64,000 bases of DNA from Escherichia phage vB_EcoM_VR25. Location of the stretch: the sequence record NC_028925.1; one strand, 5' to 3'. Both the position numbers and the translations under genes were made by a program. Position 1 is the stretch's first letter, and each line of letters starts with the position of its first letter. The notes under the pieces are model-generated. The model saw only the letters and a program-made list of their open reading frames with translations, was not told the origin of the DNA and made no database searches. Positions 42,421 through 53,030 of the stretch are shown here, in pieces.

Positions 42421-43238
42421 ACTTTCTGTGAAGAAAATCTTTTGCCTTTTGAAAAAAACTGCTGAAGGGGAAGTAATACCACATTTGCCCAGTCGCTGGG
42501 CTTGATTTCAGTGATAGTACCTTTTATATTACCAGGTATATATGCTTTAATCATCTGGTCAGCCCCTTTAAATCCCTTCACCTTTGACCAATCAATCTTC
42601 AGATGAGTCTTGTTCGTAATCGTAGGAGTATTAGCATATTGCTTAAGAAGTTCCTCAAGGAACTCTTGACGCGCCTTCGGTGGAATATAGTGCAAGTTCA
42701 AACCATACATCAAATTGTGTTTGCCTAACCCAAGATAAATGATTAACGGATATTTGTCCCAGTATGGAAGAGTATCCTTATGCTTTGCATCATAGATATA
42801 AGCATAAATCTTACCTGGTTGAGGTTTAGCCGTTACGTGTCCTCTGACAGCTTTCTTAATTGTCTCTGCGAACCATCTGGCAGATTTGGTGTTGCTTGCA
42901 GCGCCTTCGTTAGCAATCTTATCTCTTATACTCTTTCTAAAGCTATTCACCATTATCAGTTGGCGTTCAGTCTTCGTAAGTTTACCAGCAGGTTTCTTTT
43001 TGAGTTTGGATACTTTATAAGCAGTCTGAATTCTCGAATGATATCTTGACATGCTTTTGGTAAAGGTTGAATAGTTGATTCCTTTCTCTTCAGCAAACTT
43101 TTTCGAGGTCATTCCCTTTTCTTTTGCTGTATAAAATTCAACCCCTATCTCAACCCATTGTTGTTCGGATTTACTGGGTTTTGGACCTGGTTTATCTGCA
43201 GATTCATTGATAAATGTAAAAATACTCATCCTTTCCAT
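42402..43238 (-). CDS. 2: DNA end protector protein gp2
   Basis: 278 aa, ATG start; order and length match T4 gp2 (274 aa). Confidence 0.8.
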   Translation of the reverse strand: MERMSIFTFINESADKPGPKPSKSEQQWVEIGVEFYTAKEKGMTSKKFAEEKGINYSTFTKSMSRYHSRIQTAYKVSKLKKKPAGKLTKTERQLIMVNSFRKSIRDKIANEGAASNTKSARWFAETIKKAVRGHVTAKPQPGKIYAYIYDAKHKDTLPYWDKYPLIIYLGLGKHNLMYGLNLHYIPPKARQEFLEELLKQYANTPTITNKTHLKIDWSKVKGFKGADQMIKAYIPGNIKGTITEIKPSDWANVVLLPLQQFFSKGKRFSSQKVWRNSL

Positions 43239-43675
43239 CCTAATTTTTTCAGTGAGTTTTCAGTGATTATCCTGAACGTTATACCCATTTTATCTGCCGT
43301 AGATTGTGCAGCTTTCCATTTGTCCGAGTTAACAGCCCAGGTATACATCTCGTTAATAAATCTCTTTTTGCTCGCAGCGGTATTATTAACAGGTTTGGTT
43401 GGTGGTCTTGTTTCTTTTAATGGCTTAACTTCGAAAAAGAACTGTTGTCCTGTATCAAACTTAACCCAGAAATCCATATAATACCTGCGCTTTTTACCAT
43501 CGGCATTGCTAAAGTAAGGGATGATAACAGTCTCAGAACCCCATTGAACAACGTTCGGATGGTTGTCGAGCCATCTCATAAGCCATGCCTCCCAGCTTGA
43601 CCTGTATTGTATTTTCTTCCAGTCGCCCTTATATTTTTCTATATTAGTGGGCTTAAATTTCCCGGAGTATGCCAT
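43226..43675 (-). CDS. 4: Head completion protein gp4
   Basis: 149 aa, ATG start; length and composition match T4 gp4 (150 aa). Confidence 0.85.
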   Translation of the reverse strand: MAYSGKFKPTNIEKYKGDWKKIQYRSSWEAWLMRWLDNHPNVVQWGSETVIIPYFSNADGKKRRYYMDFWVKFDTGQQFFFEVKPLKETRPPTKPVNNTAASKKRFINEMYTWAVNSDKWKAAQSTADKMGITFRIITENSLKKLGWKG

Positions 43676-43685
43676 ATAGCCTCCT

Positions 43686-43693
43686 AATAAATA
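43686..43693 (+). promoter_or_regulatory. Putative late promoter variant (AATAAATA) for gene 53
   Basis: AATAAATA on the plus strand about 30 nt upstream of the gene 53 ATG; a closer TATAAATG would start transcription downstream of the SD. Confidence 0.3.
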
Positions 43694-43703
43694 TTGATAT
43701 ACT

Positions 43704-43711
43704 TATTTATA
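43704..43711 (-). promoter_or_regulatory. Late promoter (TATAAATA) for gene 4 and downstream late genes
   Basis: Exact TATAAATA on the minus strand about 28 nt upstream of the gene 4 ATG, followed by TAGGAGG SD. Confidence 0.6.
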
Positions 43712-43723
43712 AATGGAGGCTTT

Positions 43724-44326
43724 ATGCTTTTTTCATTTTTTAACCCAATTGATTATGATGCTAAAACAATCAGAAAAAACCCTGCATCATTGACGAAAGA
43801 AGATGTCTTAAGCATTCCAATGACAGACATCTTCAGAAATTATCGTGCTTACTTTGATAAGGTCGCGGTCAATTATACACCAAAAACCTATTACATCGCC
43901 GGAGCTCCGAGACCTGAAGAATTATCATATCAGCTTTACGGTAACACGCAGCTATATTGGGTTCTCCTTATGCTCAATGATATCTATGACCCTTATTATG
44001 GTTGGCTTTGTACCCAAGAAGCATCGTATCAAGCATCAATTCAGAAATATTCGAATGTCGGGGGTAATCAGGTCCTTTATCATGTGAATGAAGATGGTGA
44101 AAAGTTCTGGAACCTTGTTTCTTATCCTGATAATCCATACACATGGTACGATAAAGGTGACAAGAACAAATTATATCCACAATACGAAGGTCCATTAGCT
44201 GCAGTGGATATCTATGAAGATGCTATCCGTAAAAATGAATACAAACGCGAAATAAAAATAATCGACCCGGAAGATATTGAGTCATTTATTTCCGCACTTA
44301 TCCGTGAAATGGAGAAGGCGCTATGA
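43724..44326 (+). CDS. 53: Baseplate wedge protein gp53
   Basis: ATG at 43724 after GGAGG (track ORF starts at an upstream TTG); MLFSFFNPIDYDAKT...MTDIFRNY... matches T4 gp53. Confidence 0.9.
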   Translation: MLFSFFNPIDYDAKTIRKNPASLTKEDVLSIPMTDIFRNYRAYFDKVAVNYTPKTYYIAGAPRPEELSYQLYGNTQLYWVLLMLNDIYDPYYGWLCTQEASYQASIQKYSNVGGNQVLYHVNEDGEKFWNLVSYPDNPYTWYDKGDKNKLYPQYEGPLAAVDIYEDAIRKNEYKREIKIIDPEDIESFISALIREMEKAL

Positions 44327-46053
44327 TTAATATGTCAGATAGTGTAAGTTGGTTCGTCGGTGTAGTTGAAGACCGAATGGACCCGCTTCAGCAAGGCCGT
44401 GTGCGCGTTCGCGTGTGGGGTATGCATCCATATGAGAAAGCACAAGGTCCTGTGAAAGGTATCAGAACCGAAGACCTCCCTTGGATGTCTGTATTGATGC
44501 CAACATCATCTGCGTCGGTTTCTGGAATTCAAACCGCAATGACTGGTATGGTACCAGGGACTCAGGTATATGGTCACTTTTTGGACAAGTGGAAGCTCAA
44601 CGGTCTTGTCATTGGTACATATGGTTCAGCCTCAAGACAAAAAGCAAATCCTAACGAAGGCTTCTCTGACCCCACGGGACAATATCCACTTTATGTCGGT
44701 AATGATGCTGCAGCGCTTAACCGTGGGGGTGAAGTTGGTTATGATGCTACTTCGAACGTAATCCAGGATGCAAACCTTGACCTTGGTATTAACCCTGATG
44801 GCCTTGATTTAAGCCAGGTTAAGCCAGATGATAATCCCAATTTCACAATTGAAAATATGCTTCACCGCGATGAAGGTCTTCGTTTGAAAGTATATTGGGA
44901 CTCCGAAGGATATCCGACTGTCGGGATTGGTCACCTTATTACCCCGCAAAAAATTCGTAATATGGAACAAATCAACTTGATATTATCAAAGCAAGTTGAC
45001 CGTGAAGTTAAAGGAAACCCAGGCACAATATCCATGGATGAAGCTTCGAAGTTATTCCAGGAAGACCTTAAGAAAGTACAAAAAGATATTGGCAGTACAA
45101 ATGCGCTTTTATCCCAGGTTTATAACCAAGAAAACAGGTCAAGACAAATGGCCCTGGAAAACATGGCATTCCAAATGGGTGTAGGTGGACTGGCTAAGTT
45201 TCGTAGCATGCTAGGCAATATGCTTGTTAAAGATTATAAAGCCGCTTTCGATAACGCAAGGGATTCGGTTTGGTTCCAACAGACAAAAGGCCGGGCATCA
45301 AGGGTATCGATGATTATCTTGACTGGCAACATGGAGTCATATGGCATCATGGCTCCAAAAGAAGGTGGACGTGCTCGCATGACTACTTTTGCCGAACCAA
45401 GAGAAGCCGACCCGGCTGACCCGTGGACTCCAGAAGATACAAGGATTCTGTTTAAAGAACCAGAATCAAGTTACAAAGGCGAATATCCTTACATACAGAC
45501 AATGCAAACCGAAGGCGGTCACATTCAGGAATTCGATAACACTCCTGGACAAGAACGTTATCGACTGATTCACCCGACTGGCTCCTATGAGGAAGTTGCT
45601 CCGGATGGTCGTAAGACTTCAAAGACAGTAGCCGATGGTTATTATATGACCCAGGGCGATTCGAGCACTTATGTTGGCGGTAATAATAAAGTCAACGTCG
45701 GCGGCGATGAAACCTATTACAATATGGCTAACGTTCGCAGACAAACCGATGGAAACGAAAGCATTCATATCAGAGGGAATGAAACCAAAACTATCGAAGG
45801 TGACGGTACAATTATTGTCAAAGGTAATGTAAGTATTCTGGTCGAAGGTAATGCTGAAATAACTGTTAAAGGTGATGCAAAAACTCTTGTCGAAGGTAAC
45901 CATGATTATACAGTAAATGGTAATGTCAAATGGTCCGTTAATGGAAACGTTGATATGACTGTAGCTGGCAACTGGTCCGAGACTATGGCTTCAATGAGTT
46001 CTATTGCATCCGGACAATATACTATTGATGGTTCGAGGATTGACATTGGCTAA
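44323..46053 (+). CDS. 5: Baseplate hub and tail lysozyme gp5
   Basis: 576 aa, ATG start; central T4-lysozyme-like domain and C-terminal repetitive VxGxxxxxV beta-helix; matches T4 gp5. Confidence 0.95.
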   Translation: MINMSDSVSWFVGVVEDRMDPLQQGRVRVRVWGMHPYEKAQGPVKGIRTEDLPWMSVLMPTSSASVSGIQTAMTGMVPGTQVYGHFLDKWKLNGLVIGTYGSASRQKANPNEGFSDPTGQYPLYVGNDAAALNRGGEVGYDATSNVIQDANLDLGINPDGLDLSQVKPDDNPNFTIENMLHRDEGLRLKVYWDSEGYPTVGIGHLITPQKIRNMEQINLILSKQVDREVKGNPGTISMDEASKLFQEDLKKVQKDIGSTNALLSQVYNQENRSRQMALENMAFQMGVGGLAKFRSMLGNMLVKDYKAAFDNARDSVWFQQTKGRASRVSMIILTGNMESYGIMAPKEGGRARMTTFAEPREADPADPWTPEDTRILFKEPESSYKGEYPYIQTMQTEGGHIQEFDNTPGQERYRLIHPTGSYEEVAPDGRKTSKTVADGYYMTQGDSSTYVGGNNKVNVGGDETYYNMANVRRQTDGNESIHIRGNETKTIEGDGTIIVKGNVSILVEGNAEITVKGDAKTLVEGNHDYTVNGNVKWSVNGNVDMTVAGNWSETMASMSSIASGQYTIDGSRIDIG

Positions 46054-46063
46054 TATCCTACCA

Positions 46064-46585
46064 ATGAGCGCTGATTTAGGAGACTCCATGGAAGGAGCCT
46101 CAATCGATGTTACGTTTACAGCTCAATTAGAAACAAACGAAACATTAGTCGAAATAAATATAACTGAATATGAGGCCACCCCTGGCGTTAATGTTGAGGG
46201 CAATCATCTTTATGGTGTTTATGAATCCGTGTTCGGATTTGCAGATGATGCGCTTAAATATCGGCTTAACGATGAATTTAAAACTGCTGGTTCATGGGAA
46301 GACCTTCCTGCGGATAAGAGTACTCAATTGTATCTCTGGAGGGCCCCAGCGAGCCTCCAGAAGGTCTTTTCATACACAGTAACCCTAACCTATGACTTTC
46401 AAGAAGAGAGCTCTGGTGGAGACACAGGGAACTCTGGTGGCAGTAATAGTCGTGCAGGTAATGAGACTAACCCACCGCCAGCTCCAGTAAGGAAGACAAT
46501 GACAAAAGTTTACACAAAAACTATCGTCGGTAACTGGAGCCGGTGGGCAGATAAATTGCGTTCATACGTATACGCGAGGGATTAA
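46064..46585 (+). CDS. Hypothetical protein between genes 5 and 5.4 (gp5.1-like), about 173 aa
   Basis: Track ORF starts at TTG inside gene 5; first ATG after the gene 5 stop is 46064 (no SD seen; start uncertain). Confidence 0.45.
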   Translation: MSADLGDSMEGASIDVTFTAQLETNETLVEINITEYEATPGVNVEGNHLYGVYESVFGFADDALKYRLNDEFKTAGSWEDLPADKSTQLYLWRAPASLQKVFSYTVTLTYDFQEESSGGDTGNSGGSNSRAGNETNPPPAPVRKTMTKVYTKTIVGNWSRWADKLRSYVYARD

Positions 46586-46878
46586 TGGCTGGATTAAGTT
46601 TTAATCAATGTGTTACAGCAGGTCACGAAGCATGGCCGCCGACTGTAATCAATGCAACTCAAGGTAAAGTATTCACCGGGGGAATTCCTGTGTTAGTTGC
46701 CGGGGACCCTATTACCGAGCATACCGAAATTAAAAAACCATATGAAACCCACGGTGGAGTAACACAACCAAGAACTCCGAAGGTATTTGTTACCGGTAAG
46801 AAAGCTGTTCAAATGGCGGACCCGATTTCATGTGGTGATACTGTGGCTCAAGCCTCATCAAAAGTCTTTATAAAATAG
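46585..46878 (+). CDS. 5.4: Baseplate spike tip PAAR-repeat protein gp5.4
   Basis: 97 aa as T4 gp5.4; ATGGCTGG start overlapping the upstream stop; position between genes 5 and 6. Confidence 0.8.
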   Translation: MAGLSFNQCVTAGHEAWPPTVINATQGKVFTGGIPVLVAGDPITEHTEIKKPYETHGGVTQPRTPKVFVTGKKAVQMADPISCGDTVAQASSKVFIK

Positions 46879-46886
46879 GAAATAAA

Positions 46887-48845
46887 ATGGCTACTCCTAC
46901 GAATTACCAATTAACAAGAACCGTTAACGCTATCCCAAAAGTATTTGTGGGAGCTACGTTTGAAGAAATTAAAAAGAACATCATCGACTGGTTATCAAGC
47001 CAGGATGAATTTAAGGATTATGATTTCGTAGGTTCGCGAATGAACATCCTGATTGATATGCTTGCATATAATACATTGTATATGCAGCAGTTTGCTAATA
47101 CAGCGGTTTATGAAACATTCATCGGAACTGCAAACTTAAGGTCTTCGGTTGTTCAGGCTGCACAGGATAATGGTTATCTACCATCTTCACGTTCGGCTGC
47201 AAAGACTTCGGTTATGTTGACATGTTCTCACGCTCTGCAACCATCGAATATTGAAATTCCGCGCGGGACTAAGTTCCTGGCTTATGCTCGTGATACATCA
47301 GCTGACCCTTATATGTTTGTCACAACGGATAATGTAATCGCGGTAAAAGACATTAACAACCAATATCTGCCGATTGTATCCCTTGCACAAGGTCGTATTA
47401 TTCGTACTGAACTTTTGTATGACCCGAAACAACCTATTCTTATTCGTGACCCGGATATTGACCGAAAAGAAGTTAAGCTTTTCGTGAACGGTATCGAGTG
47501 GACAGACTGGACAAACAAATCAATGGTTCATGCTGGCTCAACGTCCACTATTTTCTATATGCGCGAAACTGTTGATGGTAATACCGAATTCTTCTTTGGT
47601 GAAGGTGAAGCATCGAAATCTGTTGCCGGGGGTGTCATGGAAGCCAACTATATTGGTGGTCTGAAACCTGTACAAGACTCGACCATTGTTATCGAATATC
47701 TTCGCACTTCAGGAGCCGATGCAAACGGCGCAGTTGATTTCAGCTATGCAGACTCCTTGACTTATATCACAGTTGACAAGATTACAGAAAACTACAATAA
47801 TGACCCAGATTATGTTGGTGCTGATGGTGGCGGTGACCCGGAAGATATTGAACGAATTCGTGAACTGGCTGTAGTTAAACGTGAAGCGCAAATGCGTGCA
47901 GTCACCGGGACCGATTATGATACCTTCGTATCAGAAAGATTCGGCTCAATCGTGCAAGCCGTACAGACGTTTACGGACGCGAATAAGCCTGGGTATGCGT
48001 TTATATCAGTTAAACCTAAATCGGGCTTGTATCTCACCGCAGTGCAGCGTGAGGACATCAAAAACTACCTTAGTGAGTTCAACGTATCGACAATTACACC
48101 ATCGGTAATTTCTCCCGATTATTTGTTCCTTAAACACAATATCAAAGTGTCTTATGCGCTGAATAAATTACAGGAATCTGAACAGTGGTTACAAGCACAA
48201 ATCATTAACCAGATTGACCGTTATTATATTGATGAAGTTGAATTGTTTAACCACAGCTTTGCCAAATCGAAAATGCTCACTTATGTGGATAATACTGACC
48301 ATAGTATTTTGGGTTCGTCTGCAACAGTGACAATGGTTCGTGAAGTCTTGAACTTCTTTAAGACTCCGGAATCCGGCATTAAATATTATAATCAATATAC
48401 TAATAGGTCTGTGGAATCAAGCGAATTCGAATTTGTTCCAACTAACCAAAGTGATACCGTTACCTCCTATAATGTTCGTATTGTAGCGACTGACCGTAAC
48501 TCATCTGGTGATGGTAAAATGGTCATTGGCCCATTCCGTGTGGGTGATGTGCAGCTTAATGCGAATATTCAACCTTATACAGGTACTGACTTTAATAAGA
48601 TGGCTGCTCCGGCTGACCAGACTCAATACTTTGTAATCGGCGAAATCGATTATTGGTCTGATTATATTTTCTGGGACATTGCTGCAATTGGTTTATCTTC
48701 TGAACGTTTTGAAGTGCAATCAATCGAATTGTATGCAGGCCCCGACCAGGACAACATCTATACAAAAGACGGTTCGCTTATCGTATTCGAAAATGACCTT
48801 CGTCCACAGTATACGACTATTAATTTAGAACCAATTACATTATAA
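46887..48845 (+). CDS. 6: Baseplate wedge protein gp6
   Basis: 652 aa, ATG start; MATPTNYQLTRTVNAIP... matches T4 gp6. Confidence 0.95.
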   Translation: MATPTNYQLTRTVNAIPKVFVGATFEEIKKNIIDWLSSQDEFKDYDFVGSRMNILIDMLAYNTLYMQQFANTAVYETFIGTANLRSSVVQAAQDNGYLPSSRSAAKTSVMLTCSHALQPSNIEIPRGTKFLAYARDTSADPYMFVTTDNVIAVKDINNQYLPIVSLAQGRIIRTELLYDPKQPILIRDPDIDRKEVKLFVNGIEWTDWTNKSMVHAGSTSTIFYMRETVDGNTEFFFGEGEASKSVAGGVMEANYIGGLKPVQDSTIVIEYLRTSGADANGAVDFSYADSLTYITVDKITENYNNDPDYVGADGGGDPEDIERIRELAVVKREAQMRAVTGTDYDTFVSERFGSIVQAVQTFTDANKPGYAFISVKPKSGLYLTAVQREDIKNYLSEFNVSTITPSVISPDYLFLKHNIKVSYALNKLQESEQWLQAQIINQIDRYYIDEVELFNHSFAKSKMLTYVDNTDHSILGSSATVTMVREVLNFFKTPESGIKYYNQYTNRSVESSEFEFVPTNQSDTVTSYNVRIVATDRNSSGDGKMVIGPFRVGDVQLNANIQPYTGTDFNKMAAPADQTQYFVIGEIDYWSDYIFWDIAAIGLSSERFEVQSIELYAGPDQDNIYTKDGSLIVFENDLRPQYTTINLEPITL

Positions 48846-48873
48846 GCCTCTCCGGAGGCTTTAAGGAATCTTA

Positions 48874-51800
48874 ATGACCGTTAAAGCCCCTTCTGTTACT
48901 AGCTTGCGGATTGATAAACTATCTGCCAACCAGGTTAGTATTAAATGGGATGATGTAGGCTCCAACTTTTACTATTTTGTGGAGATTGCGCAAATCACAG
49001 AAAATGGAGTACACATCCCAACTAGAGATTTAATTTGGCGTGACCTTGGTTATACCGCAGACAATGAATGGTTCGAGCAGGAATATATTCGTCCGTTAAC
49101 AAGTTATCAGATGCGTGTGTCTGTTGCGGCAATGGGCTTCGAACAGTCTGATTGGGAATACACCGAAGAATTTGAAACCTTTGCAACAAACGCATATACT
49201 TTTGAACATATGCGCGAATTTAGTTTGGCCAATAAATTCATTGAAGAAAAATTCACCAATAACAATCAGAGATATATCAACTTTAACAATGATGCTATTA
49301 TGGCCTCATTGATGTCCGAAGACTTTACATGGACCTCTGCATATTCTCATTTGTCTTCAATCTCGAACTATGTTTTACAAGAAGACCAATATCACGAAAT
49401 CCAGGGACCGATTCAAGCAGTTTGTGTTGACCAAAACCGCACGATGCTTGCTGAACTCGGTGGAGTTCTTTATTTGTTCGAACGCTTCCAGCCGATGGTT
49501 AAAGTCTCCAATGACAAAGGTCAGAACTGGTATTACATAAGACTCTTTAACGAGCGTATCGGTAACCCTGTATCAAGAACTGTGTATTACCAGACTGATA
49601 CCACAACTTACGTTTTGGGGTATGACCGTATATTCTATGGTCGCCAATCAAGTGACATAAGATGGTCTGCAGATGATGTTCGATTCAGTTCTGAAGATAT
49701 TACATTTGCTAAAGTCGGTTCGGATATTAACCTTGGATTTGATATTGAAATCTTCGGTAACTATGCAAGACTTCCGGCCTATATTTCGCAAATAGCAGAA
49801 GCTATTACGGTTTCGGATGAGTTCATTTATGTCGCGGCTCGTGGTCGTGTATATAAAGCAAAAACCTCTGATGCGCCGATTGATACAACCCCAGGGTCTC
49901 CGACCTTTGGTGAAAAACTATTTGAAACTGGTTACAGTACAATTACGGCGAACCCTAAAGCAGTTTGCTATAAAATGGATTCGGTTCAAGGTCATACGTT
50001 TGCATTAATTACGGGCGAAGTTAAAGAAGAAAGACAAGACCCAACTAAACCTGAAAACGTTGTTGACTCTCTGGATAAAGGTGTTTATAAATTAGACCCT
50101 GTTACTGATACATGGACGAGAGTTTTTGGTAATACAGAAGAAGAACGTCGTCGAATCGAACATGGTTATGCGAGCATGTCAACTGATGGCATCGAAGTGT
50201 TCTTTAGCTCCAGCAACTTCAAATATTCGGTTGAGCCTGATACTGAACTCCCTCTTAAATATCCTGATGAAGTTAACGAAGCAGTCAAATACGTTTACGA
50301 TGAACAATGGATACATGATAAGCATTACCTGATGATGAGCTTCAGAGCTGGTGAAGATTCTGGCTTCGAAGAGTTCAAACCTGGGCGTATGACTTACTAT
50401 GCAGAGCCGTTCTTTAACTGGTCAAGACGTGACGATACTCGTTGTTGGATTACAACTTCTGACCGAGCAATGGTCGTATATAACGATGTCCTTTATCAGT
50501 ACATCATCGATACATTTGGTGGAACTTCCCCAGAACGTATTGTACATGAATACTGGAACAAAGGTCAAGTAACGATTACTGCACCTAACATCGAATTCAA
50601 TAGCTTTAAAAAATATGCCTCCGGGATTATGCTTCATAAAAATACCGGGGAATTAATTGGCTATTTTGAGTTTGACTATCGCGTGCGTGATGAAGTGCGT
50701 ATCATCTGGAAGCCAAAAGAAATTATGCTTATGGCTGAACTGCAAAACCAGGAACACGATATTCCATGGACTCCGGAAAATGAGAACAAGGAAAAAGACC
50801 CTGACTTACAGCCACTGTTAACGAAGATGGTCCCGGATAGTTATCTTTTACAGGATAGCAAATTTGAAAAATTCTGTGAATACTATTTGCAGTTCATCAG
50901 TGATGGCTCCGGTACATACTATAACAACCTGTTGAATCTTATTCGCAACCAATATCCGCGAGAGGAAGATGCATGGGAATATCTCTGGAGCGAAATGTAC
51001 AAACGCAACATTTATCTCTCCAAGGAAAAACGTGACGAAGCTGTTCGATTCTTCCAAGCCAGACAATCTGATTTTTGGGCAACAAAAGGCACAGAAGCGT
51101 CTTATAAGTTCCTGTTCAAATTGTTATATAATGAAGATGTTGAAATTGACATCGAATCCAAGAACGGAACCGAGTATGATATCGTAGTTGAATCTGATAA
51201 TATCAGTGAAGACATTGTAGGCCAAACCATTTATACCGCTACCGGGCGCAGTAATGTGACTTATATGGAGCGCGATTATAAAGATGGTAAATTAAGATGG
51301 CGCATCACGATTCATAACCTCCTGGGCCGTTTTATTGCTGGACAAGAAATTAAATCAGAAAGAACCTCATTCGAGGGGATGATTGTACAAGGTGTTCGTG
51401 GTAAAGAGTTGTTGAGTAACAACATCGATTATATTAACCGTAATCGCTCTTATTACGTAATGACAATTAAGTCAAACCTTCCGACCTCCCGTTATCGTAA
51501 TGACGTTTTAAGATTCGTTCACCCGGTTGGATTTGGATTCATCGGTATTACGTTGCTGACAATGTTTGTTAACGTTGGTTTGACTCTTAAACACACCGAG
51601 ACAATCATTAATAAATTAAGTAACTATAGATGGTCTTCTGGTATTCCGTCCGAATGGAATGACCGAGTTGCGGTGATTGGTGTTGATGGTACTATTGAGA
51701 AAAACCCTACCACAGGCGAAGCAATATATAACATCGCTCCTAATGCTGGTCAACCTTTCCCGTTACCTGCGGATTATGATGCTGAGAATGATTTCTCCAT

Positions 51801-51969
51801 GTTCTATGGGTTGTTACCGTCACAACGTCGTGGAAAATATAGTCCACTGTTTGACCAGTCTGCTGTTACATTCTCGAATTGGAGAGCATTAGTTGACCAA
51901 CGTCTTAAAGATGATATTGGTAATCCAAGAGACCCGGTTAATCCTACACAGGTAAATGTAAATGAATAA
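48874..51969 (+). CDS. 7: Baseplate wedge initiator gp7
   Basis: 1031 aa (T4 gp7 1032 aa), ATG start; conserved order. Confidence 0.95.
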   Translation: MTVKAPSVTSLRIDKLSANQVSIKWDDVGSNFYYFVEIAQITENGVHIPTRDLIWRDLGYTADNEWFEQEYIRPLTSYQMRVSVAAMGFEQSDWEYTEEFETFATNAYTFEHMREFSLANKFIEEKFTNNNQRYINFNNDAIMASLMSEDFTWTSAYSHLSSISNYVLQEDQYHEIQGPIQAVCVDQNRTMLAELGGVLYLFERFQPMVKVSNDKGQNWYYIRLFNERIGNPVSRTVYYQTDTTTYVLGYDRIFYGRQSSDIRWSADDVRFSSEDITFAKVGSDINLGFDIEIFGNYARLPAYISQIAEAITVSDEFIYVAARGRVYKAKTSDAPIDTTPGSPTFGEKLFETGYSTITANPKAVCYKMDSVQGHTFALITGEVKEERQDPTKPENVVDSLDKGVYKLDPVTDTWTRVFGNTEEERRRIEHGYASMSTDGIEVFFSSSNFKYSVEPDTELPLKYPDEVNEAVKYVYDEQWIHDKHYLMMSFRAGEDSGFEEFKPGRMTYYAEPFFNWSRRDDTRCWITTSDRAMVVYNDVLYQYIIDTFGGTSPERIVHEYWNKGQVTITAPNIEFNSFKKYASGIMLHKNTGELIGYFEFDYRVRDEVRIIWKPKEIMLMAELQNQEHDIPWTPENENKEKDPDLQPLLTKMVPDSYLLQDSKFEKFCEYYLQFISDGSGTYYNNLLNLIRNQYPREEDAWEYLWSEMYKRNIYLSKEKRDEAVRFFQARQSDFWATKGTEASYKFLFKLLYNEDVEIDIESKNGTEYDIVVESDNISEDIVGQTIYTATGRSNVTYMERDYKDGKLRWRITIHNLLGRFIAGQEIKSERTSFEGMIVQGVRGKELLSNNIDYINRNRSYYVMTIKSNLPTSRYRNDVLRFVHPVGFGFIGITLLTMFVNVGLTLKHTETIINKLSNYRWSSGIPSEWNDRVAVIGVDGTIEKNPTTGEAIYNIAPNAGQPFPLPADYDAENDFSMFYGLLPSQRRGKYSPLFDQSAVTFSNWRALVDQRLKDDIGNPRDPVNPTQVNVNE

Positions 51970-52966
51970 CTCTACCATAGTTTACCGTTCGATTGTTACA
52001 TCAAAATTCAGAACGGAAAAAATGTATAACTTTTACGGCGCTATCGGGGATAGCGCCACTGAAAATACAATGTATGTCACGTTCGGTCGTGCAGAACCAT
52101 GGGCTGCAAACGAGAACGACCCAGGGTTTGCTCCACCTTATCCGGTTGATGATGCTCAAGGCGTTGAAGATGTTTGGACTAATATGATGGGGGCAGTCAA
52201 GGTGTATAAATCTATGCTTGACTGTGTAGTTCCTCGTAAAGATTGGGGTGATGTTCGTTATCCTAACCCGTTGAACTTCCAGATTGGTGAAATTGTTGTA
52301 AGTAATACCGCGCCATATAACCGAACTGATGTTGGTAAAGGTTGGATGGTTTATCGTTGTGTGGATGTTCCTGAATCTGGTACATGTTCGATTTATTCCA
52401 TCACCAATAAGCAAGAATGTCTTAAGCTTGGTGGCAAATGGACATCAGACTATGCTTCCAGCCGTGCTCCATCTGGGACCGGTGACACCGAAGGTCGTGT
52501 TGATATGGGTGATGGCTATCTCTGGGAATATCTCTATGAGATTCCGCCTGACGTATCCATTAACCGCTGTACAAACGAATATATCGTTGTTCCATGGCCA
52601 GAAGAAATTGCAGAAGACCCAGAACGTTGGGGGTACAAAGATAACCTGACATGGCAGCAAGATGATTATGGTTTAATCTATCGTATCAAGGGTAATACAA
52701 TTCGATTCAAGGCTTTCATGGATTCGATTTATTTCCCCCAGTTCAGTCTTCCAGGTAACAAAGGATTTAGACAGATTTCAATTGTCGCCAACCCTCTGGA
52801 AATTAAAGCTGCACCTAATGACCCGAACATCAAAGCAACAAAAGAATATTACGATGCTATTGATTTGAGTCGACATTCTGGTGAAATGATTTACATGGAA
52901 AACAGACCACCTGTTTATCGTGCAATGGACCAAACCGAAGAAGTAAATATTATTTTTGAATTCTAA
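51962..52966 (+). CDS. 8: Baseplate wedge protein gp8
   Basis: 334 aa as T4 gp8; start overlaps the gp7 stop. Confidence 0.95.
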   Translation: MNNSTIVYRSIVTSKFRTEKMYNFYGAIGDSATENTMYVTFGRAEPWAANENDPGFAPPYPVDDAQGVEDVWTNMMGAVKVYKSMLDCVVPRKDWGDVRYPNPLNFQIGEIVVSNTAPYNRTDVGKGWMVYRCVDVPESGTCSIYSITNKQECLKLGGKWTSDYASSRAPSGTGDTEGRVDMGDGYLWEYLYEIPPDVSINRCTNEYIVVPWPEEIAEDPERWGYKDNLTWQQDDYGLIYRIKGNTIRFKAFMDSIYFPQFSLPGNKGFRQISIVANPLEIKAAPNDPNIKATKEYYDAIDLSRHSGEMIYMENRPPVYRAMDQTEEVNIIFEF

Positions 52967-52969
52967 CTA

Positions 52970-52991
52970 GGGACCTTCGGGTCCCTTTTTT
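52970..52991 (+). terminator. Rho-independent terminator after gene 8
   Basis: GGGACC-TTCG-GGTCCC hairpin followed by T6. Confidence 0.8.
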
Positions 52992-52995
52992 ATTT

Positions 52996-53003
52996 TATAA
53001 ATA
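52996..53003 (+). promoter_or_regulatory. Late promoter (TATAAATA) for gene 9
   Basis: Exact TATAAATA about 28 nt upstream of the gene 9 ATG at 53031. Confidence 0.75.
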
Positions 53004-53030
53004 TAGCTATATCAATAATGAGGCTTACCT

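Noticed and set aside
43708-43715. Plus-strand TATAAATG as the late promoter of gene 53
   Set aside because: Transcription would start downstream of the GGAGG SD and almost at the ATG; the upstream AATAAATA (43686-43693) or read-through is more plausible.
45619-45903. Minus-strand ORF of 94 aa inside gene 5 (similar antisense ORFs inside genes 6, 7, 10, 12 and wac)
   Set aside because: Antisense to highly conserved late structural genes; repetitive translation mirrors the gp5 beta-helix repeats.
48845-48860. Hairpin AGCCTC-TCCG-GAGGCT between genes 6 and 7 as a transcription terminator
   Set aside because: No U-run follows it; the next 15 nt are the SD and start of gene 7, so it is more likely an intercistronic stability or translation element.
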